A DNA stretch of 62,848 nucleotides, the filler included, from Sphacelaria rigidula (lineage: Eukaryota): NCBI GenBank assembly GCA_964200075.2. It is 10 parts of 10 records of this genome, joined end to end, with 100 filler letters (N's around TTAATTAATTAA, not from the genome) between each part and the next. Parts side by side here need not be neighbours in the genome. Positions count along the whole stretch, not along the records: positions 6,296 to 12,490 come from CAXNAA020021599.1; positions 12,591 to 18,785 come from CAXNAA020021600.1; positions 18,886 to 25,080 come from CAXNAA020021601.1; 7 more parts are not named here. One strand, 5' to 3'. Numbering within the stretch: the stretch's first letter is position 1; each line of letters begins with the position of its first letter. The translations under genes and the position numbers were made by a program. Below are positions 11,001-23,810 of this stretch, one piece after another. Below the pieces are notes generated by a model that worked only from the letters and a program-made list of their open reading frames with translations, was not told the DNA's origin and made no database searches.

Positions 11001-12041
11001 TCAGAACGCGAGATCATCATCATGGCAGTAACCCGCTTCCGATGCCCAGCCCTCCTTCCCAGACCCGCTGAACTCTGAGTCTGAATCTCCAATCCAGAGT
11101 GCGACTGAAAGCTTACACCCGCCCTCTGCCGGTCCGTCTGGCCCGCCACCGCAACAATTGCGACCGGTGGTGGCTGCTCCCGCATCAGATCTCTCTCCCC
11201 CCAACCTTCCGCCGTGACGGCGACACGACTCTCCACCAGAACTCGTATTCACCGCGGGCCCCGGAACCTCCGTCGATTTATTCGCCTCGCCCCTTCCACG
11301 GCATGCAGTGGATTCGCCCTTGCGGTGCTTCGCGGTCGATCCGCCATTCCCCTTCCGAGGTCGGCGGCGCGCTCCGACATTTACTCTGGCGACATCAGCT
11401 GTGGGAGTCGCGCCGGTCGGTGGGGAAGGGATCGGGGGCAAGAAGCAGCGGCCCTGGCAACCGCAGCTAACGGTGCAGTTCCCCAAACACTCGCATTTTT
11501 GGCAAACACTCGCATTTTTGGCGTCGGTGACCCCTGTTCCCTACCTTCTCCGGATTGCATGCACATCTGAGGGTGTTCACGTTCCTAAACGTATCAACGT
11601 ACGTGTGGCTTGACAGGTTCAAAACTATGTTGTCCCGTGTCAGCTTCACCTCCCCTCTGCTCGCCGCCTTCACCCCACCCTTGTGGTGAGTTTTCTTTTC
11701 CGGCTCCACACCCCATCCCCGTCCGTTGAAGTTCACTGCGGGCACCTCAATCCCGAAGGCCCCCCGCCAGTACTCGAACAGTGCATCAGACTTTTGCATG
11801 TGCTTCCTACAGGCGTCCAAGTCCGGGCAGCAGCGGGGAGGCATGTGCCCATGTGCTGTGGTGATACAGAGGCGGTTTTGTTCACGAATGACTCAAAGTT
11901 CCGCCCACACGTGGTGAAGAGAAGGCCCGGGGCCGCGGCGACCTGCTCAAAGGCGTTTTTGTACTTGAGAAAAGATACCATGGCGAGCAGCTCGACGCCG
12001 TCGTCGATATCCACCTTCGGGGATTTGTCTCCTATCTCCAC
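11001..12041 (-). pseudogene. C-terminal part of an intronless large-ORF element gene with tesmin-like CXC domain (disrupted)
   Basis: Three track ORFs fuse in frame after restoring 1 nt near 11872 and removing a 19-nt tandem duplication (11484-11502 / 11503-11521): ...MPPRCCPDLDACRKHMQKSDALFEYWRGA...GRGWG...LRCACN...KCECLGNCTVSCGCQGRC.... Truncated upstream by a TA-site insertion. Confidence 0.75.
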
Positions 12042-12043
12042 TA

Positions 12044-12220
12044 CAGTAGGTGGCCCTGTATAGTGCGGGTTATATAGCGCGCCTGCCCGATTCAATGCGG
12101 CTGAAATCGCTTGTCACAGACGGAACCCGGTTTAGTGCGGGTGCCGCACAATAAGGGGCACCGTCCAGTTTAGTGCGTATTTGGACCATTGTGAGACCTC
12201 CATAGTGCGGCTGCCCGGCT
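12044..12220. mobile_element. Tc1/mariner (pogo-like) terminus with subterminal repeats
   Basis: TA followed by CAGTAGGTGGCCCTGTATAGTGCGG; TAGTGCG recurs about four times. It interrupts the ORF at 12042-12043; the opposite TIR is not found. Confidence 0.5.
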
Positions 12221-12617
12221 GCAAAGGCTGTAAAGCACGCACAGTTCACACGTTTCCCCGCACATACAACAGTACAGTACTGATGTACTGTATCTCTATC
12301 ATCCACAACAGAGCCGGAGGTTGTTTCCGTCTTCGTCGTTCGTTTTTGACACATTTTCTTGTTCGTGTCATGTAGGGTTGCTGGGGTGCATGTTGCCCCG
12401 GGTTAGTTTTGCGCAGACAAAACTAGTAGTTTCACGAACACTGCTGAATGAAGAACACGCCTTGGTTGGAGTACAGTACGTACTGCTGTANNNNNNNNNN
12501 NNNNNNNNNNNNNNNNNNNNNNNNNNNNNNNNNNTTAATTAATTAANNNNNNNNNNNNNNNNNNNNNNNNNNNNNNNNNNNNNNNNNNNNGAAGCAACAA
12601 AAGGGGAGAGGGGGGGG

Positions 12618-12649
<32 letters not shown>

Positions 12650-13197
12650 TGATGGAAACCACGTACCCTCGTACAGCACTGTAGATACAGCCATAGTGCC
12701 ATAAATAGCCAAAAAATCAGGACCCGGAGATATTACTCATGGGAGAGGCAGGAGGGAGTGTATCACAGGTGCACCACACACCGGTGATAAAAAGATGTGG
12801 CATGGGGTACTGCAGATGTGCGAATATGGCGCCAAAAAACAGCCCAAAACTCACGACGAGGTGTTCTTACTCGATGAGGGGGTGGAAAAAGACTAGGTAA
12901 CGGGGATATACACCGTCACGGACGGTAACTCTTGAATCTATCTCACGATTGGTTCTTTTTATTGATGGCTCGTCCCGCACGACTTGAACTAATCCGCTGA
13001 CAAAATCAATCAGGCCGCGTTTCGGTCAGTCACAACATGAGACATCCCCACCCACTTTACCCAAGGTGAAAACAAACGGGAAAGGCACAAGCCAAAAATA
13101 GCAACCTCGAAAAGCAACAGGTCTAATGATGGGAAGAAAAAAAAAAAACTGCCGACGACCGCTTTGCCGAGCGCATCATGTTCCCCCCGCCCTAACT

Positions 13198-13593
13198 AAA
13201 AAGGAGACAAGGCTGACCCTGGGAATTATAGAGGGCTGGCGTTACTGAGTATCGTAGGGAAAACTTCTGTAAGATTCCGAATGATGGAGTGGGAGCGATG
13301 CTGGAGAAGGAAGAACATCAGCGAGGAGCAAGCAGGTTTTAGACCCAGGGAACTTCAAAGGGATAACGCTACTGAGCACGGTAGGGAAAACTTTCTGTAA
13401 GATTCTGAACCATAGAGTAGGAACGATGCTAGACACAAGGACGAAAAAATCAGCGAGGGACAAGCAGGTTTCAGACCAAACCGTATTGCGTAGATCATGT
13501 TTACACATTTGCTAAGATTATTCAAGGTAGGAAAGACACCGGGTTAACAACGTACTGTTTCTTTCTAGACATACAAGCGGCCAATAACACAGT
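13198..13593 (+). mobile_element. RTEX-like LINE family B, RT N-terminal part with an internal ~145-bp duplication
   Basis: KGDKADPGNYRG...EQAGFR occurs twice, then runs to FFLD..AxxTV, where a TIR element is inserted. Confidence 0.85.
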
Positions 13594-15351
13594 TAAGACA
13601 TGCTAATCGGGGCCGAAATATATTGGAATTTTTTACAAAAAGTGTCCAGGATCTTCCTGACGGAAAATCGCACAAGCCAATGAGATGGGAATGATCCGCC
13701 CAGTCGATCGGCGAAGAAGCGAATGGGCCGCCCGGTCGGTTGGATAAAGAAGCGCAGAAGGCCATCTGCACCCATGACACGCACACGCCCCTGCTGCATT
13801 GCATCGCCCGTACGGTCTGTTCATTCATTTTCACGTCAAAACTGTGACAATGCAACACAGATGACCCGCCCTGCGGGTGCCCGTCTGTATAGGTCGAGAA
13901 AAAGCTGATCGAAAATGCACAGTAAAGTACAGCAGTGCAATGCTTTATATTACAGTACAACATTGTTGTCTTCTCTCTCCCACCCGTTGCGTTCGTTCCG
14001 TTCGTCTATGTTTCACCAAGGATCAGACTACACGAAACTCTCCGACATCATCCCTTCCTGCCTTCAGTTGCAAAAAAAGTCCTTGGGCTGCGGTGGGCAT
14101 TCATTTTTGAAGGAAATAGTCCGCCCATAACAAACACAACTGACCCATCATGAGGTGGCTGCTCTGTGTAAATAGACAAAGCCGAAGTACACCGTACAGC
14201 ACAGTACAATGTTATCTTCTCTGTGCCCCCCGCCGCATTACCCCCTCCTTCTGTGGGTATCGTCGAGTATCGGATTACTCCTTTGGAGATTGTCACTCTT
14301 CCCGCCCGCTCCAAAAGTGACGTTTGATCGCCAGGATTATGTCTTGTATTTATTTTTCAAGTCAAAATCTCTGGAGACGGTCGCCTCTTCCCAGAGATAA
14401 CCGGCTCTAAAGTTGAACTCTCCGACCCCCGTTTAGGTCATCTGGGTTTTGTACTCATTTTTCGAGTGAAAAGTATGCCGATACGACATATGCCCGACCC
14501 CGGGTTGAGTGGAGGGTGAGAGACAATTGTCCGTGTATTTATTCCCAACGTACAAGCTCAAGTGGCAGCCGACGGAGGCTGTAGACGCGGTACGGCGAAC
14601 ATGGCGGTACAAATACAATCAAACGCCACAGACAAAGAGGAGAGCACAACTCGGTCACCATCATGTCGTCTGCTCCAGTACACGCAATTATTTTCATGTG
14701 GGTTCATTGTGCGGCTGTGTACACAAGCGGCGGGGCTTTCCTCAGCAGAAAATGTCTGAGGGTCATCATATTTGCAGATGTGTACGCCCCGAAGTAAAGT
14801 TACTCCGCAACCGATTCAGATCTGCCCCCCCGGCGTTTCCCCCCGAGCCCCTTCTGGCTGTGATCATTTTTCACTTGAATTTATTGGGGACGATGCGTTG
14901 ATCAGGACATATTCCATCGGTGGATACGTTTAATCCGGGTGGTTCTCAACGGTTACGTGTGCGATTCGAGCGCCGGTTGTTGCGTTGGGTGCGCACAACC
15001 CCAATGCATTGCAGCCTTCATTTCAGGGCACGTCCCGCGGTCAGATCAGTACGCCGGAAATTATATTCAAATTATATGTCTTCTTCAGGTTTAGGGTGTG
15101 CGCCTTGAAAGCTGGAGGATAAGGCACACGCCATGGGCTGCGTGTGGAGGGTCAGCAACAGGATGTAGGGTGTCAACAGGGAGGGTGTTGCCTGCGCGCG
15201 CCATCAACCCGTCAAGAGATCGAATTGTAACAGCAAGTGTAGTTGGGCGGAGCATCCCAGCACATAGAAGTAAGAGGGAAATTTTTGTCTGTGGTTATTG
15301 TGATTTCCTCGAACAGCCTAGTCATTTTTTTGCCCCGATTAGCATGTCTCA
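13594..15351. mobile_element. ~1.76-kb non-autonomous TIR DNA transposon nested in the LINE RT
   Basis: Perfect 18-bp IR AGACATGCTAATCGGGGC (13596-13613 / 15332-15349); imperfect TSD CAGT/CAGC. The LINE reading resumes exactly after it (WRN..W). Confidence 0.8.
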
Positions 15352-16335
15352 CAGCATGGAGAAATAGGCCTTGGAAAAAGTTTCGAGAAACTGGGATCAG
15401 AGGGAAAATGTGGAGAATGGTGAAGAAGATGACAAAATGTGCCAAAAGTGCTACGATGCTAGACGGGGAAATATCGAAATATTTCGATATATTACAAGGA
15501 GGTGCACCAGGATGTACATTATCACCCACTTCATTCAAAATATATTTTGATGATCTGATAATAGCAACAGAAGCGGCAAAGCAAGTGGTCAAGGTGGAGG
15601 AAGATATGGTATCGGGATTGGTGTGCGCAGATGATTTCGTGGGGATATCAGGAACAGCAGGATTGCAGAAGCAAGGGTAAAAAAATACACTAGATGGCGA
15701 GTGACAACGAACGCAAACAAATGCGCGGTACTTGTATGTAACGAAGATAAGTAAAACCCCGTAGAGTTCAAATGGAAGTGGGGAGAAGAGGAACTGTCTG
15801 TCATAGACCAGTATACATACCTTGGCGTAAAGATATCAAACAACTCTTCCTTGGGATACACACATGAAAAAATAAAGCTCATAGAAAAGGGAAGACACAG
15901 ATATACAGGATGGACGTGATCCTACGAGATTCGCATCTAGTTACTAGGACAAAACGATGCATTCTGGTGAATGTGATTGTACCGAAGCTGGAATATGAAG
16001 GAGAAATATGGGGGGGGGACGCGAAGTTGGTAAAAAACACTGGAAACATCAAAGACGACAGCAGCTAAGAAAATGGTTAGATGCTCAAACACGACGAGTA
16101 GTACAGCATTGAGAGCAGAGTTGGGACTGTACCCACTCAAAACAAATAGAGACATGAGAAAATAGAAATGGCAATATAGCGTAAGGAGCATGCAGAGAGA
16201 AAGATTGCCAACCATTGTTGATGGGGCCGTATGGAAGAAAGTGACGAAAGGGCAGGCTGGAATAATGTGGGATAGAGAAGTCGAAAAAGTATGGAAGGAA
16301 ATAGGAGGAAAGAAAGACGAGATACTGTCCATAGG
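15352..16335 (+). mobile_element. RTEX-like LINE family B, RT core and thumb (degenerate)
   Basis: QGxxPGCTLSP and CADDFVG motifs; colinear with 54020-54900; many frameshifts. Confidence 0.9.
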
Positions 16336-16356
16336 TGATGTGACGGGTGCAAAATA

Positions 16357-16403
16357 ACGGAAAGCGAGAGCGGATCCTCAGAGGATCCGCTCTCGCTTTT
16401 CGT
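16357..16403. repeat. Near-perfect palindrome (19-bp perfect arms, 1-nt loop)
   Basis: AAAGCGAGAGCGGATCCTC-A-GAGGATCCGCTCTCGCTTT (16361-16399), extendable to 23 bp with one G-T pair. Confidence 0.9.
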
Positions 16404-17809
16404 AATATGGACGGTTGCTACGCAGTGGCCAGGAGCCAAAATATGTCCTTCATGCGCGTCGTCTTCCTGAGGTGTAGTGGGGCCAGGGGGCGAAAAGGTT
16501 ACGCTGCTGGTGTTGCACAGGGTATAAATCCCATTTACCTACCCCGTGGGTGCCAGCGTCGACGGCGGTGTGTGTAGTGTTACAGTTATTTTCTTCGATA
16601 TGAAGATGGATGGGGGGGGCTACCTGGTGCCATGGGCATCGGTATGGCGCGTGAGGTGTGTAGTCATGGAATGTGATGAGAAGGACGGGCCACGCGATGC
16701 CAGGGGGGGGGGGGGTGTAGAGCACTCGACTGTAACGCGCGTCACCATTTCGCGCCAGTACGTTTCGGCAAATATAGTAACATTGTTTTTTCATATTTGA
16801 TGTTGTGTTGAAGGCGAAAACGACGTCAGAGCGGGGGGTTGTGGTCAATGTTCACGATGGGTCGTAAATGAATGAAAATGTTTACATGTATACCTATGGC
16901 TGAGGCGTCTTGCACCCAGCGTTCCAATTGCTTAAATGCATGTACGCGATGGGCTTCAGTATAGAAAGGGGGGCCTTCGATCTTGATGTTGAAGGTTAAG
17001 ATGATGGGGGGAAGAATGTGTCTTACGGTTGATGGCGACGGCAAGTATTCTCTATTTATGTGAATGGCGGAGGGGTCATGTACGAAGCATATTGAAGGGT
17101 TCAACGTGTGTACCAGGTGGTATTTAGTTTCCTATGGCGTTTTTTTTTTTTCCCTGGTGAAGGTGAGATGGGGAGAAAAAATACTGTACATATGTAACAT
17201 ATCTGGCGGAGGTGTCATGTACGTAGAATATCAATGGCTTCCATGGGTTTATGGGATGGTCTTCAGTATAGTAAGGCGTCTTTCATTATTTATGTTTGAG
17301 GGTGAAGACTGAGTGTGTGTGTGTGTGTGTGTGTGTTTATGTTCGTGTGTGTGTGTGTTTGTTTGTGTTCGTGTGTGTTTGGGGAGGGGGGGTCGGTAGA
17401 TGGGCACGAGAAGTCATGAATATGTATATTTATACCTATATGGGAGAGGTGTTGCATACGATGCTTCTCCGTGGCTTGGAAGTGTACACGGGATGGTCAA
17501 AGATGTGAAACAAGTAAAAATATGGAAGAGGCGTCATGACCCTAGCTTGTCAATGCCCGGAATAAGTGTAGGGGATGGTACTTACCATAACGGCACCTCT
17601 TGCTTATTTAATTCCTCCCGAAGGTCGAGATAGTGTGGGGGGAGGAGAGGGGAGGCTCTCGGTTGATGGACACGTAAAGTAGTACATATATATTATATAC
17701 TACGGCTGAGGCGTCAGATACGTCGATTGTCAATGCCTTGATTGGATATTCACGATGGTCTTCGGTCTACTGGGGGCGTTGTCTTCTTTTTTGTTTCTGT
17801 GTTGAAGCC

Positions 17810-18135
17810 GCCGCGCCCCGGTGGTGTTAATGGTCTGACTGTCGTCATAAGGGTGGAGAAAACGAGGTTTCGATTCCCGATGCGTTGGGTTCTTGCTTCG
17901 TAATGTATGATTTCCACCGTGGGAAGCGTGAGAACGTGAGTAAACAGAGGAGTTGACTGAATTTGTTCGACGTGAGTTGACGTGGTGCGGGAGTGCTGAT
18001 AGTCATGACCCAATCCGCGACACCGAAATGAAAGGCGTGTATCGCGGGAGAGATGCTTGATCCCTTGAGACCACGGACTCGTCACGAGGAAGGGGAGGGG
18101 TTCAAAGTGCGACAAACAAGCAACAACAAAAACAA
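17810..18135 (+). mobile_element. tRNA-derived SINE family 1
   Basis: A-box-like GGTGTTAATGG, B-box GTTTCGATTCC, (CAA)n tail; colinear with 7029-7333. Confidence 0.82.
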
Positions 18136-18136
18136 G

Positions 18137-18725
18137 ACGGTTAAGAGCATGACAGAAATAAGGGAACACGAAGCGCTGAGACGGGAAGTAGACGAGGAAG
18201 AACACCTGAAGATATACCGGGGTTGAGAGAGGGGATAGGGATGAAAATATATCTGCATGGCCCAGTAGACTCCGCGAAAAATCGAAATTGCGATTTCGGG
18301 TGGAAGACCTGGACCTGCCAGAAAGAGATATACCGGTAGTCGGATGGCGGAGGACGTAGATGCACAAAACTGCCCCTGTGGCAAAGCAATAGAGAGCAGA
18401 AGGCATATAGTGACAGAACGTGAACTACACAAGGAGGAACGGGACGTGTTGGAGAGGGAAATGTGGAATGTAAACAGAGGTGGCAGGATATCATTTTGAT
18501 GCATTAGACAGAAGGGAGAAAACGACGGCTGTACTAGGAGATGGATGGTGGTCACAGACGGCGAATCAGAGAGGGAAGGGGATATGTCAAAAGTTTATGT
18601 GTAATGTATGGAAGAAATGTAATGCGCGCCGAAATGTTGGAGATATCTCTATTAGAGAGAAGGAACGGTGCTCCGTCTTGCAAGGGAAGCGTGGTCAATG
18701 GTAAAACGACCAAGGCAAGCAACCC
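18137..18725 (+). mobile_element. RTEX-like LINE family B, 3' part
   Basis: CPCGKAIESRRHIVTE Cys/His knuckle, GDGWW.QTA and RNGAPSCKGSVVNGKTTKASN, followed by a C-run. Confidence 0.9.
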
Positions 18726-18885
18726 CACCCCCCCCCCCCCCCCCACGCACCACACACAGCCCCGAAAGTCCAGCCCCCACGACAANNNNNNNNNNNNNNN
18801 NNNNNNNNNNNNNNNNNNNNNNNNNNNNNTTAATTAATTAANNNNNNNNNNNNNNNNNNNNNNNNNNNNNNNNNNNNNNNNNNNN

Positions 18886-21800
18886 CTCCTTATTCGCTGC
18901 TGAGCTCCATAAGGCGCGGTCAATTCCGAATGTCTGACGGTTGTCGTCCGTAAAGCCATCTGTGACTCCGAAAGCATGGAGATCGTATCTCAGGCACTTC
19001 AGCCAACTTTGTTCGGGCACCCTGGTCCTGGATCCTACCCCCCGACTAGTGTTTCGAATGCTATTCGCTTCGGTAATCGTCCGTCCGGTTGTCTAGCCAG
19101 GGATCCCGCGAACAGCAGTCGTCGTTACCGGACGATGGCTTCGGCACTTTGGTATTCGGTCTTCTTGAGGGCCTGTGCATACGACTGCTGTCGATATGTG
19201 CCGCGCACTCAGCGGTACCCGATGACTCGCAGGAGGAGTCGGTAGTGCACCTCTCTCAGCAAGTCGTGGTGATCGCGGCGCGGGGCCCACGTCATGCATT
19301 CATATAGTAGGGCCTCCATCGCCTCCGCTTTCAGAAGTCGGACCTTGAGTCTCCATGGTGCTTTCGGTCGGTCAAAGAGCTCCCGGGAGAACTTCCTGAT
19401 GCACGCCCATGCTGCTCTTCTCCGATTGTTGATTTTTTGCTTGAGTTCACCCTCTTCGTTGATGAGCCCGCTCAAGTATCGGAAACTACTTCTCTGAGCG
19501 TATTTCTGGCCCGCTGCTTCGATGATCAACGGCGGGGGAGATGGTATTGGTGACTCCCCCTTCTTCGGTGCTTGCTTCGGCACTCGCATCAAGAGAGTCT
19601 CCGTCTTCTTCTCCGATAAGGTCAGTCCGAAGGCCCCAAACACGCCCACTATGACGGTCATCATCCTCGCCAGTCCGTCGGGGGATCTCGAGATGACACC
19701 GGCATCATCGGCATACACCATTCCCCACACCGCTCTCCGCACACGTTCCAGCGGTGTCTCCGCCCCCCTCCCGTCTCCTTATCGAGAGATACCATGTACT
19801 TGATGATTATATCGTCCTCGCTAAATGGCACGGGGGATATCTCGAGCACTGCCGCGAAGAAGATGTCGAACAGCACGGGAGACAGTACACATCCTTGTCG
19901 TAGTCCCTGTGTGACTTCAAACCACTCCGAGAGCTCCCCGATATCCATGCGTACGCGGGCCTGCATATCGTCGTGGAATTGACGGATAACTGCTATGATC
20001 TCATCCGGAACACCAGCCCGGGCCAGTTCCTGCCACAGAAGCTCTCGGTCGACCGAGTCATGTGCCTTCTGGAGGTTGACGAGGCACGTGCACAGCGGTA
20101 TTCTCCGCCGCCGTCCCACCTCCTGGAGTCGGCGCACTACGAACAGTATGTCGATAGTGGATCGGTCAGGTCGGAAGCCGCATTGTTCCTCCGGTAATAT
20201 TCCGTGCGTTTCGCAGTAGTCGCTGAGACGGTTGGCCACTATCTTCGAGAGCACTTTTCCCACGTGCGATACTAGAGAGATCCTCCTGTAGTTTTTGCAG
20301 ATGGACCGGTCCGATTTCTTGTACAGCACCTTGATGGTTGCATCTTTCCACTCCTGCGGAACCTCCCCTCCGTTACACACCCCGACGAGAATGGTATGGA
20401 AGCGTTCGAGGACGATGGGCTCGGCGCGGCCGTCGATTTTGAGTAGCTCCACCGGAAGGGAGTCGTGTCCTGGCGCTTTCCAGTTGTGCATCCCCCGGAC
20501 TGCTCGTCTGTTTTGCTCCAGTATTGGTGCTGCCCCAAGCGGTACCGAATCACCGGTGGTTGAAGCTGCCGGTCGCTGCTTCACCTCCTCGATGATGGCT
20601 GGGTTCAGCGTCGGCGATTCGGTGTTGAGCAAGGTGCGGAAGAATCTGGCCCACCGGCTAAGGATGGTAATTTTGTCCCTCAGTAGGACGCTGTTCTCGT
20701 CCTTGATGAACTGCTGCCCCCCGCATTGCCTTCCACCAAGACCCATCGATCTCTTGAGGTGTTTGTACAAGCCTCTCATGTCGCGATCCTTGTAGATCGC
20801 TTCTGGCCTTGCCACATACCTCTCCAGATGTGCGTGGATGCCGTTGTCTATTGCTGTGCGTACGCTGTCACACATGGCTCCGACTGCTTTCGACGATGTT
20901 GTGGTCCGTTGATCCTTCATCAGTCGACGTGCCTCCCGTCGTTTGGCGAGCGCTGCCTCCACTATTGCTCTCGTGTCGGGGTATTCACACCATTCCGGCA
21001 TACGTGGTATCCGTGCCTCTTCCGGGAGTGCTGTCTGCGCTGCTTCGAGGATAGCTTCGGCAAACTCCTTCGCGGCCGCCGGTCCGGTGGTGATTGGGTG
21101 ATATTTTTGCTCGGCGAGGTTATGTAGGAACCTCTCGGTCACGTGCCACCTTGGCATTTCGGTCTGCAGCTGCTGTCGACTGAAATGCCGCTGCTTAGAC
21201 TTGGTGCGTACTTGGCGGTTGTGGGCAAGGCGGCCACCGAGGTCGACATTGTCCACCACCATGTTGTGATCTGAGTCCGCCTTAGCCGGGAGTGCGGGTT
21301 GGGGGCGTACGACTACGTTGCGCACTCTACCTGGGTGTGCCTGCCGGGTGAGTATGTAGTCTATGCGCTTGAGGTCGCTCGTGCGATTCCCCGCAACACC
21401 GTTGTATGTGTGCGAGACACCGCCTTTGTGCGTGCTAAAGAAGGTGTTCGTGATGGCCAGTTTGTTTTCGGTTGCAAAAGTTTGCAGAAGTTTGCCGTTA
21501 TCGTTCAGCTCATCACGTCCATATGCACCCAGGACCCCTTCGTCCTCTAAGCCCCCTCCTACTTTGTCCCTCATCTGCGCTTTGGCATCTATCAACACAT
21601 ACACACATCCCTTCGACGGGATTCGCTGTACGAGACCGTCAAGTCCATCCCAGAACGCTTGTTTCGTTTCGTTCTTGGCGACTTCAGTTGGGGCCTTCGC
21701 AGGTACGAAAATGATCGCTCCGCTCTGTCCCGATATTTCAAACCGCATTGCCATGAGGCGCTCGTCAACCTACTCAGTGGTATAGGTGGCATTATTGCAA

Positions 21801-22565
21801 ATCGACCCTTTCACGGCTATTCCCACACCGTGTTGCCCACCCGACTCGCCCCCCACAGCAGAATACTCTGAACCCTGCTGCTGTACAGTCTGTTCGCCCC
21901 GCCCTCCGTGTGTCCTACAGTCCTACCACCGAGATGTCAAGTCTTGCAGCCTCGTACAAGACGCTGTAGTCTCGCCCCCATCTGCTGGCCCCTTTCACAG
22001 CTAGGGCTCTGACAGTGTAAGTGGCTACCTTAACAAGTTGACTCCGCTGTCTCGCCCGGGCTACTCGTGCTGCTTTCCCAGCAAACCTTCGCCTCGCCCG
22101 GCCCCTCCTCCTCTTTTTTCTGGTCTTGTGTTTCTGCTTTATTTGTATCGCGGTTTGGATTCTCTGGCTTTTGCTAGCCCGGTGCTCGTCTTTTATCACA
22201 GGCAGGTGCAACTCTCCTGCTGCGTCCGACTCTACTCCTTCCTCGTTCCTGGTGTGCGTACCCACGCGATGTGTAGCCCCTCCATTCCTGTCTAGGCTAT
22301 CCCCACTGCGCTATCCGCTGCTGCATAGCCCCGATGTCCAGGCCGGTGCTTTGGCGTTTAGCTGCATGTCGCCGCTGAGTTGTTGCGGAACGAAGCACAC
22401 GCCACTCTCGTGATCGTGGTGCCTCTTATCTTCCTAACTTAGTTTCCCTGTCGATACGAGGCTCGGGCTCGTGTCTCCGCCGTCGTTGGATGATCTTTGG
22501 ATGATCGCCCAAGATCACAGGACTTCTGCCCACCCCAGTATGGGCAGTCGGGGGAAGGGGGTGGT
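18886..22565 (-). mobile_element. RTE-clade LINE, nearly full length (5' UTR, APE endonuclease, RT; 3' end cut by scaffold edge; frameshifts and stops)
   Basis: APE motifs (VVGL*DTR, IDYIL, DSDHN) and RT motifs (KAPGHD, NYRRISL, EQCGFR, QGLRQGCVLSP, YADD) in ORFs 19661-21754 and 19209-19742. Confidence 0.95.
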
Positions 22566-23519
22566 ATCTGAAAAATTTAGTGCGATATGAGTTACACTGT
22601 GTCTCACGACCCCTGCATCTTCTATCACCCCAAACTCAGAGTCCACGTCGACACGATACTCGGGCTCGTGTCTCCTACCTTCCCCTGCTTCGTCTTCGTT
22701 GGTTTGGTGGTCTTTGTGTGTGGTCTAAGATCACTAGCGGTCCACGGCCGACCTCAGCAGGGAGCAGGCCAGGAGGGAGGGAAGTAGTCGTTATATACTT
22801 ATATACAAGGGGTTCGGCGACCTACGCTGCCACGCCCAATGAGATGGACAGCCAAGGTACATGAGAACCGGTCATCGTTGCTCGCATTGCGTAACGGCAC
22901 AGTATTTTACGCTGTGTGCGTATGGTGACACATGTCCCGAGAGCAGGATATGACGAAGAGGTTCACTGCTGTTTGATAATCGTATCTACAGGAACGGGTA
23001 AATGACAATCTCCACCATCGAAGAACACACACGGAGACACGCATTCACGTTTTCCACCCGCAGCAACCAATAGGAAACATCGTCCACCGTCGACGAACAC
23101 ACACCCGGGGACACTCGTACCATTGGCCGAATGTTATCGCGCTGCCCAATCACCCGAGGACAGAAGGACTTGTGACGGACACACACCAGTGTTTGCAACC
23201 ATGAGTCCAGTACTATTGCACAGCAAAAACGCCCGTAACCGCAGCGATTATTGATATTTCCAATCCCACATCACAATAAGCAGGCAATACCCCCAGCGTA
23301 ATATATATATATATATATGTATATGTATACGAGAAATGGAACACGTAATGCATATTATTGACGAACAGTAGGGACCGATCTTCCCCAAAACACGCTCAAC
23401 CACGGATCCCACATGACAGACATTACCCATCGTAAGAATCAGGGTCCAGAAACGGAAACGAAAAGGACATACTCCTTGGGTCCGTCAAAAGCTCGTCCTA
23501 TTTATTTGTGAAAACCCTG

Positions 23520-23807
23520 GCACACAAATCCGGTCGATCATATGCCGTCCATTGGGAACGACATATTCTCCTTTACTGAAACAGCTAATCGTTTCTTCTG
23601 CCCAAAGCATTACACCGCAATGGTTGCAAATTTCAGTGTTTGAATCGGACAGAACAGGGTACTTCAGCTTGTGCTGTTCAGGGAGGGAAACGGTGTTGTC
23701 TCCAAAAGTCACAACGCTTAGGCGTGGATTTTGTTTGTCGGCGTCGGTCAGCGACAAGTTTGCGCGTTGCCTCCTGTCTGGGTTTCGTTTTACGAAGTGA
23801 TATGATA
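23520..23807 (-). mobile_element. Helitron RepHel N-terminal Zn-finger fragment
   Basis: EICNHCGVMLWAEETISCFSKGEYVVP fits the Helitron CxHCGAxxWxxE...CCxxGxxxLP motif. Confidence 0.65.
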
Positions 23808-23810
23808 TGA

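Noticed and set aside
22670..22785. HDV-like ribozyme in the RTE 5' region
   Set aside because: A P2-like pairing and CGAA are present, but no convincing P1, P3 or L3 could be built by eye; hammerhead cores are also absent.
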